Source of the DNA: Pseudomonadota bacterium
GTDB taxonomy: Bacteria; Bdellovibrionota_G; JALEGL01; DATDPG01
NCBI GenBank assembly: GCA_043809315.1
Contig: JAZDDX010000007.1
Location: 32,001-96,000, forward strand
Direction: 5' to 3'
Length of the DNA stretch: 64,000 nt
Position 1 is the stretch's first letter. Every line of letters begins with the position of its first letter. The notes beneath the pieces were generated by a model. It made no database searches, was not told the DNA's origin, and saw only the letters and a list, made by a program, of their open reading frames with translations. The translations under genes and the position numbers were made by a program. Below are positions 8,233 through 17,689 of the stretch, piece after piece.

Positions 8233-11232
8233 TCACCACTCCTGTTCCAGCTTGCGGATGACTTCCTCGATATCCTCGCGTTCCTTCGATTGCGGATCGA
8301 GCTTCAGATATTTCCGGAACGCGAGAATCGCCGCTTTTTTCTGACTGATCTCCCGGTAGATGAAGCCGAGCAGCTTGTACGGCTTCGGGTTGTCCGGGTC
8401 GGCGGCCTGCGCCTGTTTGTAATACCTCATCGCCAGGTCCCGGTTCTGCCCCTCCTCCGCAAGGAGCCCCATCCCGACGAAAGCATCCGCGGCTCTCGGG
8501 TCGATCTTGATCGTTGCCTCGAAAAATTTCTTCGCCAGCTTCAGCTTCTCGTCGTTCCGGTACGACTCGGCCAGTTTCAGAAGAAGGGAGGCGTTCCGGG
8601 GATCGATCTTCCGCGCACGTTCGTAATACTCGGCGGCATTCCCGTACATGTTCTTGCCCGTATAAAAATCCCCCAGCGCCAGCATCGGGTCGATGAACTT
8701 CGGATCGAACTTGACCGCGTTCTCCATCGCCTTCTCGGCGTTCGGGAGGTCGTTCCGGTAGATGTGCGTGATCCCCAGGTGGTAGTAGGCCTCCGCGGCC
8801 TCCGGCCGGGTCGCCAGAGCTGCGTTCAGGGACTCGAGGCTTGCCTCGAGATCGCCGACCCCCCGCCAGGCGATCCCCAGATTGAACTTGGTCGGGTAAT
8901 ACCCCGCCTTGTACTTCGACGCCTCCTGAAGCTCGGCGATCGCCTCTTGAAACGCCCGCTGATCGATCAGGACTTCCGCAACTTTGGCCCTGGTAGCGTA
9001 GTCCTTGGGGCGCATCTCCAGGACCTTCCGATAGGTTTCCAGCGCTTTCGTGTACTCCTTTCGCTTGTGCTGGAGCTCTCCCAGAGCCACCTGCGTATCG
9101 ACGCGGGTCGGGTCGATCGCCAGCGCCTTCTGGAAATAACTGGAAGCCTGATCGATCTTTCCGATCGCCAGATATGTTTTTCCCAGGTTCGCAAGGACCG
9201 AGACGTTGTTCGGGTCTTCCTGCTCCCCGGCTTTGAACTCGGTCAAAGCTTCGTCCCATCTTCGGGTCGCGAGCAACACCGATCCCATCGCGTCGTGAGC
9301 CCGCACCGACTTGGGGGATAAGGCAAGCGCTGAGCGAAGCTGGGTCTGGGCCATGTTGAAGTTATCCTTTTCGGCGTACAATTCCCCCAGAACGATCATC
9401 GAATCGATATGCCGGGGGTCGGTCTTGAGCGCGTTCTCGAGTGAGGTGACCGCCTCGTCGACACGGCCCAATTTTCTCTGGGTAAGCGCCAGCTGGTACA
9501 GCGCCTCCACGCTTCCCGGGGCCTTCTCCACCGCTTTCGTCCCCTCGATCAGCCCCTCCTCTGGTTTCCCCGCTTCCCGCAACGCCCGTCCCAGGAACAT
9601 TATGTACTCCGGCGTGTCGGGAGAAAGAGAACAGATCCGGCTGAACTGCGCGGCTGCCTTGTCGAACTCGTTCCGTTCCAGGTAGAGCTGGCCGAGATGA
9701 AACCCGTTTGCATGGTTGACCGGGTCCTTTTCGATCGCCGCTTCCATCGCCGTGATCGCTCCGGCGATGTCTTTCGTCGCCTCGGCGATCTCCGCCAGAT
9801 AACGCCAGGCTCTCCCGAGATCGTAGTTCCCCAGGGTCGTTGATTTGGTCTTGACGAGCGCCTCCAGCCCGGCACGCGCTTCATCGACCTTTCCGCGGAT
9901 TGCGTACGTCAAACGCCAGAGTTCCACCTCGGACCTCGGGTGGGGCAGCGATCCGGAAACCAATCCCCGCAAGATCTCCTCCGCGGCATCCGCTTTCCCC
10001 TGCTGCAGATCAACCACCGCAAGGGAATATTTCGCTCTCGGGGCGGCCGGGTTCGCTTCGACCGCACGGCCGAACTCCTGCGCGGCGTTTTCCCAATCCC
10101 CTCGGGCGATCGCGATCTCCCCGAGCAGCGTGATCGTGTCGACATCTTTCGGATTGAGGGTCAGTGCCCTTCGGGCGAGTGACTCGGCCTGCGCCAGCTG
10201 ATTGAGCGACAGAGCCCCTCTAGCCCGGGCACGGACTGTCTCGAGGATCCCGGGATGGTACTGCTCGCTCTGTTTGAGGAGATTCTCCGCCCGTTTTCTC
10301 GATTCAGTGTCGAGCGACTTGTCCCGCATCAGGAAGAGCGTCTCCGCGAGCCGGGCATCGGTCGGGCTGTTCCGCGGATCGGTCTTCAGGATCTCCTCGA
10401 ACTCCGAGACCGCTTTTCGGTAGTCTTCCTGGCGATCGGTGACGAGAAACGCCGAGGCCGCGACATATTTCTGGTTCAATTGTTCGAGCACGCGCGCGTT
10501 GGGGGGTTCGTATCCGTCCGCCGCCTTCTGGCTGAACTTGAAGCCGAAGAACCCCGCCGGCGTGAACCGCGCCATCACGACGGCGGCCAGCGCGATCACA
10601 CCGATCGCCGCCGGAACCGCGACTTTGACCGCTTTCGGCAGCTTGAACTTCCGTTGTTTGTATTCGATCCCCAGACCCGATTCGAGGGCCTCGCCGCTTT
10701 CCGCCGCCTCTTCTTCGGAGACCATGGGACCTTTTCCCGACACTTCGGCGAAGAGATCCTCCAGATCCTGGGCCGGCTGGCTCGGCGTCGTCACGGGGGA
10801 AGGGGACCGCTCGACGCGAGGAGGTGGAGGTGGCGCGGCTTTCGTCACCGGCTGGGCCGGGGCAGCCGGTCTCGGCGGCGTCTTCGGTTTGGCGGCGTCT
10901 TCGGTCTCTTCCGGCAGGAAATCGTCGAACAGATCCTCGATCGTCTGTTCCTTAGGGGCAGGAGGTGGGGCCGCCTTTGTCTCGGGAGGCGGGGAGATGG
11001 CCGGTTCGGACGGAGGGGCCGAAGCCTCCGGAGTCGGGGCTTTCGTGGCTTCGTCGAAGAGGGCGTCGAAATCTCCGAGAAGCTTGTCGTCCGTTTTTGG
11101 ATCCGCCGCGATCGGTTCCGTCGGGATCGGTTTTCCCGGCTTCGGTTTCGGTTCCGTTTTCTTGTCCTGCTGGGACGGAGTCGGATTCCCCTTGTCGTCT
11201 TCGAGCTCAAAAAACTCGTCGAAATCGCCCAT
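8233..11232 (-). CDS. Membrane-anchored multi-TPR protein with acidic Pro-rich N-terminus
   Basis: About 200-aa low-complexity N-terminus, one TM (VAVPAAIGVIALAAVVM), long run of TPR repeats. Confidence 0.85.
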   Translation of the reverse strand: MGDFDEFFELEDDKGNPTPSQQDKKTEPKPKPGKPIPTEPIAADPKTDDKLLGDFDALFDEATKAPTPEASAPPSEPAISPPPETKAAPPPAPKEQTIEDLFDDFLPEETEDAAKPKTPPRPAAPAQPVTKAAPPPPPRVERSPSPVTTPSQPAQDLEDLFAEVSGKGPMVSEEEAAESGEALESGLGIEYKQRKFKLPKAVKVAVPAAIGVIALAAVVMARFTPAGFFGFKFSQKAADGYEPPNARVLEQLNQKYVAASAFLVTDRQEDYRKAVSEFEEILKTDPRNSPTDARLAETLFLMRDKSLDTESRKRAENLLKQSEQYHPGILETVRARARGALSLNQLAQAESLARRALTLNPKDVDTITLLGEIAIARGDWENAAQEFGRAVEANPAAPRAKYSLAVVDLQQGKADAAEEILRGLVSGSLPHPRSEVELWRLTYAIRGKVDEARAGLEALVKTKSTTLGNYDLGRAWRYLAEIAEATKDIAGAITAMEAAIEKDPVNHANGFHLGQLYLERNEFDKAAAQFSRICSLSPDTPEYIMFLGRALREAGKPEEGLIEGTKAVEKAPGSVEALYQLALTQRKLGRVDEAVTSLENALKTDPRHIDSMIVLGELYAEKDNFNMAQTQLRSALALSPKSVRAHDAMGSVLLATRRWDEALTEFKAGEQEDPNNVSVLANLGKTYLAIGKIDQASSYFQKALAIDPTRVDTQVALGELQHKRKEYTKALETYRKVLEMRPKDYATRAKVAEVLIDQRAFQEAIAELQEASKYKAGYYPTKFNLGIAWRGVGDLEASLESLNAALATRPEAAEAYYHLGITHIYRNDLPNAEKAMENAVKFDPKFIDPMLALGDFYTGKNMYGNAAEYYERARKIDPRNASLLLKLAESYRNDEKLKLAKKFFEATIKIDPRAADAFVGMGLLAEEGQNRDLAMRYYKQAQAADPDNPKPYKLLGFIYREISQKKAAILAFRKYLKLDPQSKEREDIEEVIRKLEQEW

Positions 11233-11252
11233 GATTCGGAAAGTTATCCCTC

Positions 11253-12122
11253 CTAGAAGTAGAGCTCAACGTTTGCTGCGTATACTTCGCTCGTCGGGTT
11301 GAGACGCTCCGAGAACGCGAAGACCAGCGACACTTTCGGACCGACCAACGCCGCACCGACCGCGTAAAAGTTGTTGTCGCGCACACGGTCGAGACCGAAT
11401 CCGCCACGCAGGAAAACCCCCTCCGTCGCTCGCAGTTCAGCGCCAAAATAGCCGTTCATCCCGTTCGCCCGGTCGGTGGCGAAATCTTTCTCCAGGTCGA
11501 TCGCCAGGCGCGCGTAGGGCGGAAGCGTGAGCCCGATCCCAACGCCGAGAATCGTCGGAAACTCCTTCCGATTCCCGCCCTGGATCACGTTCTGCCCGGT
11601 CAACGCAAAGGAGACCATCGGGATCGGCTTGATCAGCAGGCCGAGATCGCCGTCGATTCCGCTGGGACTGTCCTGGAACGCGGAGTTGACGCTCGTGAAG
11701 TACCCCTTGGTGGTCGCGCCGATGAAGAGAAGATCGTCGAAGGTCATCGCCGCCCCAAGTGTGACCTGCTGAACCGTCGTGCCGATCCCTCCGATCGTCG
11801 GGTTGTCGCGGTCGTACGAAACCCCGACCGCCATCCCCGGAATCGCCTGCCCGTCGACCACCGAGGCACCAATCACGGTCGAATGGGTCACTCCCACATG
11901 CGCGTATTCCCCTCCCATCCCGACGGTCCCCTGCCGTTGCGCCATTCCGGCCGGGTTATAGAGGATCGCCGCGTTCCCATCGGCCAGTGCCCGATACGCG
12001 CCGGCAAAGCTCAGCTGGATCCCCTTGAGCATAATGCCGCGAGTCCAGTCGACGGTCTGGGGAGTCTGCGCCGAAGAGAGGGCCGGAACCAAGAGAAGGA
12101 GGAGAAGAACCGAACGTCGCAA
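11253..12122 (-). CDS. Outer-membrane beta-barrel protein (PorV/FadL-like N-terminal motif)
   Basis: Signal peptide from TTG 12122; AGAYRALADGNAAILYNPAGM; amphipathic strands; C-terminal Phe. Confidence 0.65.
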   Translation of the reverse strand: MRRSVLLLLLLVPALSSAQTPQTVDWTRGIMLKGIQLSFAGAYRALADGNAAILYNPAGMAQRQGTVGMGGEYAHVGVTHSTVIGASVVDGQAIPGMAVGVSYDRDNPTIGGIGTTVQQVTLGAAMTFDDLLFIGATTKGYFTSVNSAFQDSPSGIDGDLGLLIKPIPMVSFALTGQNVIQGGNRKEFPTILGVGIGLTLPPYARLAIDLEKDFATDRANGMNGYFGAELRATEGVFLRGGFGLDRVRDNNFYAVGAALVGPKVSLVFAFSERLNPTSEVYAANVELYF

Positions 12123-12123
12123 A

Positions 12124-12903
12124 TCAGTTCCCCGAGAGGAGTTCCGCACAGGCGCCCGCCAACTCCCGCATCTCCTTCTGGGCATCCCCTGTGGCGGGAA
12201 TCCGCTTCGTTTTCTCCAGAACGAACGTATTCCGGTCTTTTCCCAGGAACTTGATCTGGAAGAAGCGGTTCGCTCCGACGGGGCTCGACACCTTCCCGAC
12301 GAACAATCCATCCAGGCGATTCGCCTGAATCACTTTTCGGATGCTTTCGGGCGACTCGATCGTGGCTCCGCCCGCCGCGACCCCCCCGATCACCTTGAAC
12401 TTGCCGGCGGTCTGGATCGCCGACGAGAAGGCCGAAAACAACCCCTGCCCGAACGTGTCGCGAGGATCGGACCCGAAAAACGGAAGAACTGCGATCCGCG
12501 TGTATTTCACATGGCGCTTCGACGGTGGGGAATAGACCGTCTGCTCCGCGATCTGTGATTCGGTCGTCCCGGAAGCACCCGCGCCACCGCTCACTTCGTG
12601 ATACTCCCGATACCGCTGGACGTTCTTGCTCTCGATCCAGCCGATTCCGGCGTCGTCGCCGGCCGCTCGTGAGATCCGGACCCACCCTTTCTTCTTCGTC
12701 TTCGGGTGGGTGATGATGAAGATCTTATCCCCGACCCCGAGGCGGTCGGCGAGGAGCGAGCCGTCGTCGGCGGTGATATCGACGTTCGGCGCCGTGATCA
12801 ATCCGGGAACCACATCCGGTTCCTCCTGGGCCCCGGCGGTCGGAATCACCGCCAGCGTCAGAAGAGCGGTCACCCCGAGGACAAAGGATACGGTTCGAAT
12901 CAT
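12124..12903 (-). CDS. Secreted protein with SH3-like N-terminal domain
   Basis: Signal peptide; KKGWVRI...GWIESKNV SH3 pattern; RIAVLPF in the C-terminal domain. Confidence 0.6.
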   Translation of the reverse strand: MIRTVSFVLGVTALLTLAVIPTAGAQEEPDVVPGLITAPNVDITADDGSLLADRLGVGDKIFIITHPKTKKKGWVRISRAAGDDAGIGWIESKNVQRYREYHEVSGGAGASGTTESQIAEQTVYSPPSKRHVKYTRIAVLPFFGSDPRDTFGQGLFSAFSSAIQTAGKFKVIGGVAAGGATIESPESIRKVIQANRLDGLFVGKVSSPVGANRFFQIKFLGKDRNTFVLEKTKRIPATGDAQKEMRELAGACAELLSGN

Positions 12904-13307
12904 TCTTTCCATTCCAACGTCTCCCCGGCTTTCATTTGATGGGACACGAGCACGTCTTTGATGAACTCGGCATCGTACGGAACGTCGCGACCGAGAACCC
13001 GCCGGTGACATTTGTCACACGTGAGAGCGATATACGCGGGCTGTTGCGGCGCCCGGACCATCTCGAAGTGCCCTTCCTCCAAGTCTTCCGCCCACGGATT
13101 TCCCCGGTGGCAGGTGTCACACCGGTAGTTGTGATTCCGCGCAATCGGTTTCTGATAGATGTGGCAGGGGAGACAGACCCGCTCGCTCCCCCAGAGTTTT
13201 TCCGCTTTGTCTTTGTCTCCCGTCGGTCCCGCTTTGCTGCACGAGAAAACGAGCGCGCTTCCGGCCACGAACGCAAAAACCACAAGCCATCTGTTTCTTC
13301 CCGACAT
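12900..13307 (-). CDS. Triheme c-type cytochrome, probable lipoprotein
   Basis: CLPCH, CDTCH, CDKCH; lipobox-like VFSC. Confidence 0.8.
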   Translation of the reverse strand: MSGRNRWLVVFAFVAGSALVFSCSKAGPTGDKDKAEKLWGSERVCLPCHIYQKPIARNHNYRCDTCHRGNPWAEDLEEGHFEMVRAPQQPAYIALTCDKCHRRVLGRDVPYDAEFIKDVLVSHQMKAGETLEWKE

Positions 13308-13416
13308 GATGAACGCTAACCCTCCGGGTTGACGGGGGAAAGCTTAACAAATCCAGTGGAAAGATGCCCAACGAAAAAGTCGGCGCGTGATATACTTCCG
13401 ATCCGTACCCATTCGC

Positions 13417-15030
13417 ATGGAGCCGCACGAAACGACGTACCCATGCCCGCACTGCGCGGAAGCGATCCAGCGCCAGGCGGTGAGCTGCCGGTTTTGCGGG
13501 AGGGACGTCGTCTGGAACGTCTCGATCTCGCGCAAACCGCCACCCGCCTCCTTGCCCGCCGTCTTGAAGGAGCTGTTCGAGCGGATGGGAAAGAAGCGGT
13601 TCCCCAGCTACGGCTCGATGCGGAAGATCGCCGAGCTTCCGGATCACGTCCTCCTGACCGGCCTGAGCCGCGAAGAGGCGGAAACCGCGGGAACGATCCT
13701 CTCCGCAGGCGGAGGGGGGGCCCGCCTCGACCTCGACCGGACCGAGTTCATCACCCCCCCCGAGCCGCCGAAGAAAAAGCGCCCTGCGGTGCAGTTCCTC
13801 ATCGCGGCAGCCGCCCTGATCTCCTGCGCGGCGTTCTTCTTTCTTCGGAAACCACCGGTGATCCCCTCTTCCCCTCCGCCCGTCCGAGAAGTGCCAGTCA
13901 TCCTCGAACCTCTCGTTCCCACAAAAGAGGAACCCAGCGTGCCCCCTTCGGCCAAAGAGGATGTCCAGAAGCATCTGAAGTCGCTCATCGAGGCGACCGC
14001 CACGCTTTCGGGAAACGGCGTGACCGGGTCGGCGTTCTTCATTTCGTCCAGCGGGTATCTCATCACCAACAACCACGTGACCGAGCGGATGCGGAACATC
14101 TCGGTGCAAACCTCGGATGGGGTGACAAGACCCGGCCAGCTCGTCCGCTCCGATCCCCGCCTCGACCTCGCCCTCGTCAAAGCGGACGGGGGCCCCTACG
14201 CCGTCCTGAAGCTCGGCGACGCAACGGTCCTGGAACAAGGGGAAACGGTCTGGACGATCGGAGCCCCGCACGGCCTCTCGTTCACCGTGACCCGCGGGAT
14301 CGCCAGCTTCATCGGACGAAACGTGAACGGCCGGGCTTTCATCCAGGCCGACGTTGCGATCAACCCCGGGAACTCCGGAGGTCCGATGATCAACGAACGG
14401 GGAGAGGTGGTCGGGATCAACAACTTCATCGTCTCGAACGCCGTGGGTCTGAACTTCGCGATCCCGATCAATTACATCCACATGGGGTCCGATTCGATCG
14501 CGAACGACATCATCCCGATCCAGCCGGATAACGCCGTGATGGCGAAGTGGCGATCGTACACGAACGGGGATTCGAGAGCATCCGCGCAAGCCCGGACGGC
14601 GGACGAGCCGGTGACCGACGAGCTCCAACGTCTGGTGCAACGGTCGAGCGAACTCCAAACACAATTCAATCAGAAGAAGAGTCAAAGGGAGAAGACGATC
14701 GCCCGCTTTCAATCCCAGTTGACGGAGCAACAACAACGCTACCAAGGGGGGGGAGAGACGATCTCCCAGGAGACCGCCCGCGGCGCCCAGGTTCGAAACC
14801 TGACCCAGCAGCTGCTGAAGGAGCAGATCGCCCTGGCGGACGAGATGCTCGAGTATTGCGGCCAGCAGGAATCTCTTCTAACCGAGATCCGGAACTCGGC
14901 TGGCGGGGATCCGCTCTCCGAACAGGCATCGGCCCAGATCGGCAAGATCCGAGAGCTCCGTACCGCGACGGAAAGTTCCAAGAACAAGATCCTGTCCGAT
15001 CTCCGGGACACGCAGGAGCAGATGTACTGA
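13417..15030 (+). CDS. Membrane-anchored trypsin-like (S1C) serine protease with N-terminal zinc ribbon and C-terminal coiled coil
   Basis: CPHC...CRFC; TM; TNNHV, DLAL, GNSGGP catalytic motifs; no PDZ. Confidence 0.85.
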   Translation: MEPHETTYPCPHCAEAIQRQAVSCRFCGRDVVWNVSISRKPPPASLPAVLKELFERMGKKRFPSYGSMRKIAELPDHVLLTGLSREEAETAGTILSAGGGGARLDLDRTEFITPPEPPKKKRPAVQFLIAAAALISCAAFFFLRKPPVIPSSPPPVREVPVILEPLVPTKEEPSVPPSAKEDVQKHLKSLIEATATLSGNGVTGSAFFISSSGYLITNNHVTERMRNISVQTSDGVTRPGQLVRSDPRLDLALVKADGGPYAVLKLGDATVLEQGETVWTIGAPHGLSFTVTRGIASFIGRNVNGRAFIQADVAINPGNSGGPMINERGEVVGINNFIVSNAVGLNFAIPINYIHMGSDSIANDIIPIQPDNAVMAKWRSYTNGDSRASAQARTADEPVTDELQRLVQRSSELQTQFNQKKSQREKTIARFQSQLTEQQQRYQGGGETISQETARGAQVRNLTQQLLKEQIALADEMLEYCGQQESLLTEIRNSAGGDPLSEQASAQIGKIRELRTATESSKNKILSDLRDTQEQMY

Positions 15031-15032
15031 AG

Positions 15033-15665
15033 ATGCCGAGAAGGAAACGTAAAGAGGTTGAAAAGAGCGTGTTTCACACGCTCCAAGGGTTCGCGAAGAC
15101 ATTGGAGGCCAAGGACCAGTACACCGCGGGACACTCCGGTCGCGTGGTGCTCTACACGTCGATGATCCTGGACGGACTTGGCCTCAAAGGGATGGATCGG
15201 GACCTTCTTCTCGAAGGGGCCGCGATGCACGACATCGGCAAGCTCTGCCTCGACCTCTCGGTCTTGAACTCGCCCAAACCGCTCAACCCGGAGCAGGTGG
15301 AACTGTTCCGTTCCCACCCGGTCCGCGGCCGCGAAATCCTGGAGCCGATCACGTTCCTGAACGATCTGATCCCGATCGTCTACTCCCACCACGAGTATTT
15401 CGACGGAAGCGGCTATCCGGAAGGGTTGAAGGGGGAAGAGATCCCGCTGGAAGCCCGCGTGGTCGCGGTGGCAGACAGCTACGACGCGATGACCAGCGCC
15501 CGCTCCTATCGCCGGGCGATGAAACACGTAACGGCGGTCCGGGAATTGACCCAGGGGAGCGGAACTCAGTTCGACCCGGAGATCGTGACCGTCTTCCTCG
15601 CCCAGATCGAGGGCTACCTCCATGACAGCGAGATTTCCAGGCTCTTGAACCACATCCCGACATAG
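15033..15665 (+). CDS. Stand-alone HD-GYP c-di-GMP phosphodiesterase
   Basis: YTAGHS, HDIGK, HHEYFDGSGYP, VADSYDAM. Confidence 0.92.
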   Translation: MPRRKRKEVEKSVFHTLQGFAKTLEAKDQYTAGHSGRVVLYTSMILDGLGLKGMDRDLLLEGAAMHDIGKLCLDLSVLNSPKPLNPEQVELFRSHPVRGREILEPITFLNDLIPIVYSHHEYFDGSGYPEGLKGEEIPLEARVVAVADSYDAMTSARSYRRAMKHVTAVRELTQGSGTQFDPEIVTVFLAQIEGYLHDSEISRLLNHIPT

Positions 15666-15694
15666 TTGCAACCGTACCGACGCATCATTAGAGT
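15666..15694 (+). promoter_or_regulatory. sigma70-type promoter of radA (TTGCAA-17-TAGAGT), 6 nt before the GTG
   Basis: Canonical spacing; no SD sequence. Confidence 0.55.
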
Positions 15695-15700
15695 CGCGGC

Positions 15701-17056
15701 GTGGTCCGTTCCCGTTCCCAGTTCGTCTGCCAACAGTGCGGCTCCACCTCCGCCAAGTGGTACGGTAAGTGTCCCGAGTGCCAGGCGTGGAACAGTTTCG
15801 TCGAGGAGGTGGTTTCGTTCACCCCCTCCAAGGGGAACAACCGCTCGGTCTCGGGCGACACCCATCCCATGCGCCTGAACGAAATCAACGACGAGCGGAT
15901 CCCGCGGATCGCGCTCCCGTTCCCGGAACTGAACCGCGTTCTCGGGAACGGACTCACTCGCGGATCGGTGGCGCTTTTGGCCGGCGACCCCGGAATCGGG
16001 AAGTCGACGCTTCTCCTCCAATTGCTCGGGGAGTTGGGACGGAAGGAGGGCCCGCCCCTTCTCTACGTCTCGGGGGAGGAATCGGCCCGGCAACTCCGCC
16101 TCCGATCGGAACGTCTCGGCATCGACGGAAGTAGGATCTTCGTTCTCGCCGAGACCGATCTCTCGGAGATCCTGGGACGGATCGAGGAACTCAAGCCGGA
16201 GATCGTCGTCATCGATTCCGTGCAGACGCTCTATTGGCCGGAGCTCGACTCGGTGCCGGGAAGCGTGAGCCAAGTGAAGGAGGTTGCCGATCGGTTGATC
16301 CGTCTGGCGAAACAGCGAGACTTCACGGTCTTCTTGGTCGGGCACGTGACGAAGGATGGGAGCATCGCAGGACCGATGGCGCTCGAGCATCTGGTCGATA
16401 CCGTCCTCTACTTCGAAGGGGAGCGGGGACAGCCGTACCGGATCCTGCGCGCCGCGAAGAACCGCTTCGGACCAACCGACGAGATCGCGGTGTACGACAT
16501 GCACGAGGAGGGGCTCAAAGAGGTCTTGAACCCCTCCGAGCTCTTCCTGCGGGACCGTCCGATCGCCACCCCGGGGACCGTCGTCTTCCCCGCGATGGAG
16601 GGATCGCGCCCGCTCCTCGTCGAGATCCAGGGGTTGGCGACCCGGAGTTCGTACGGTGTCCCGCTCCGAGCTTCCGTCGGATTTGACAAAAACCGTCTCA
16701 CGATGCTGCTGGCGGTACTCGAGAAGCGGGCCGGCCTTCATCTCTCGGGGGAGGATGTCTACGTCAACGTCGTGGGGGGGGTCCGGATCACCGAGCCGGC
16801 GGCCGATCTCGCGGTTGTTGCTGCGGTGGTCAGCTCTTTCCTCGGCAAGGTCTTCCCGAACGACTCGGTGATCTTCGGTGAGGTGGGGCTCGCGGGAGAG
16901 ATCCGCGGAACCAGCCGTTTCGAACTCCGGATGAAAGAAGCCTTGAAGCTCGGCTTCCGCTCCGCATTCGCGCCATCGACATCGGAAGCCCGGGGAGGCT
17001 CTCTGCGACTTGTTCCGGTCAAGTCGGTCGGCGAACTCGTTGACTCCCTCCGATAA
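15701..17056 (+). CDS. radA: DNA repair protein RadA/Sms
   Basis: C4 zinc finger, GDPGIGKSTLL, KNRFG. Confidence 0.97.
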   Translation: MVRSRSQFVCQQCGSTSAKWYGKCPECQAWNSFVEEVVSFTPSKGNNRSVSGDTHPMRLNEINDERIPRIALPFPELNRVLGNGLTRGSVALLAGDPGIGKSTLLLQLLGELGRKEGPPLLYVSGEESARQLRLRSERLGIDGSRIFVLAETDLSEILGRIEELKPEIVVIDSVQTLYWPELDSVPGSVSQVKEVADRLIRLAKQRDFTVFLVGHVTKDGSIAGPMALEHLVDTVLYFEGERGQPYRILRAAKNRFGPTDEIAVYDMHEEGLKEVLNPSELFLRDRPIATPGTVVFPAMEGSRPLLVEIQGLATRSSYGVPLRASVGFDKNRLTMLLAVLEKRAGLHLSGEDVYVNVVGGVRITEPAADLAVVAAVVSSFLGKVFPNDSVIFGEVGLAGEIRGTSRFELRMKEALKLGFRSAFAPSTSEARGGSLRLVPVKSVGELVDSLR

Positions 17057-17089
17057 CGGGGCAAGATAGACGCAACCTAGGGAGGATTT

Positions 17090-17683
17090 ATGCTCTACGT
17101 CGTCCTCATTCTTTTGGGTCTCTTCGTCGTCGCCATCCTCTATGTCGTCGGGATCTACAACCGGCTCGTGAGCCTCCGAAACCAGTTCAAGAACGCCTTC
17201 TCCCAGATCGATGTTCAGCTCCGTCGCCGGTACGACCTGATCCCGAACCTCGTCGAAACAGCGAAGGGGTACATCAAGCACGAACGCCAAACGCTTGAAG
17301 CGGTAATCTCGGCTCGGAACAGCGCCGTGACCGCCAACCAGAAGGTGGGGGCCAACCCGGCCGACGCTTCGGCGGTCAAGGGGCTTCTCGGCGCCGAGAC
17401 CGTTCTCTCCGGGGCGTTGACCCGCTTCTTCGCCCTCGCCGAAGCGTACCCCGATCTCAAAGCGAACCAAACGATGATGCAGCTCTCCGAGGAACTCACG
17501 TCGACCGAGAACAAGGTGGCGTTCGCCCGGCAGGTATATAATGATGCCGTGATGTCGTACAACACGGCGATCGAGATGTTCCCGAACGTCCTGATCGCGG
17601 GGCCGTTCCAGTTCGGCGCGGCGCAGGCATTCGAGATCCAGAACGAGGCGGAGCGAGTCGCCCCCAAGGTTTCGTTCGGATAA
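17090..17683 (+). CDS. lemA: LemA family protein
   Basis: IDVQLRRRYDLIPNLV, EAYPDLKAN, ENKVAFARQ. Confidence 0.95.
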   Translation: MLYVVLILLGLFVVAILYVVGIYNRLVSLRNQFKNAFSQIDVQLRRRYDLIPNLVETAKGYIKHERQTLEAVISARNSAVTANQKVGANPADASAVKGLLGAETVLSGALTRFFALAEAYPDLKANQTMMQLSEELTSTENKVAFARQVYNDAVMSYNTAIEMFPNVLIAGPFQFGAAQAFEIQNEAERVAPKVSFG

Positions 17684-17689
17684 GCCGGC

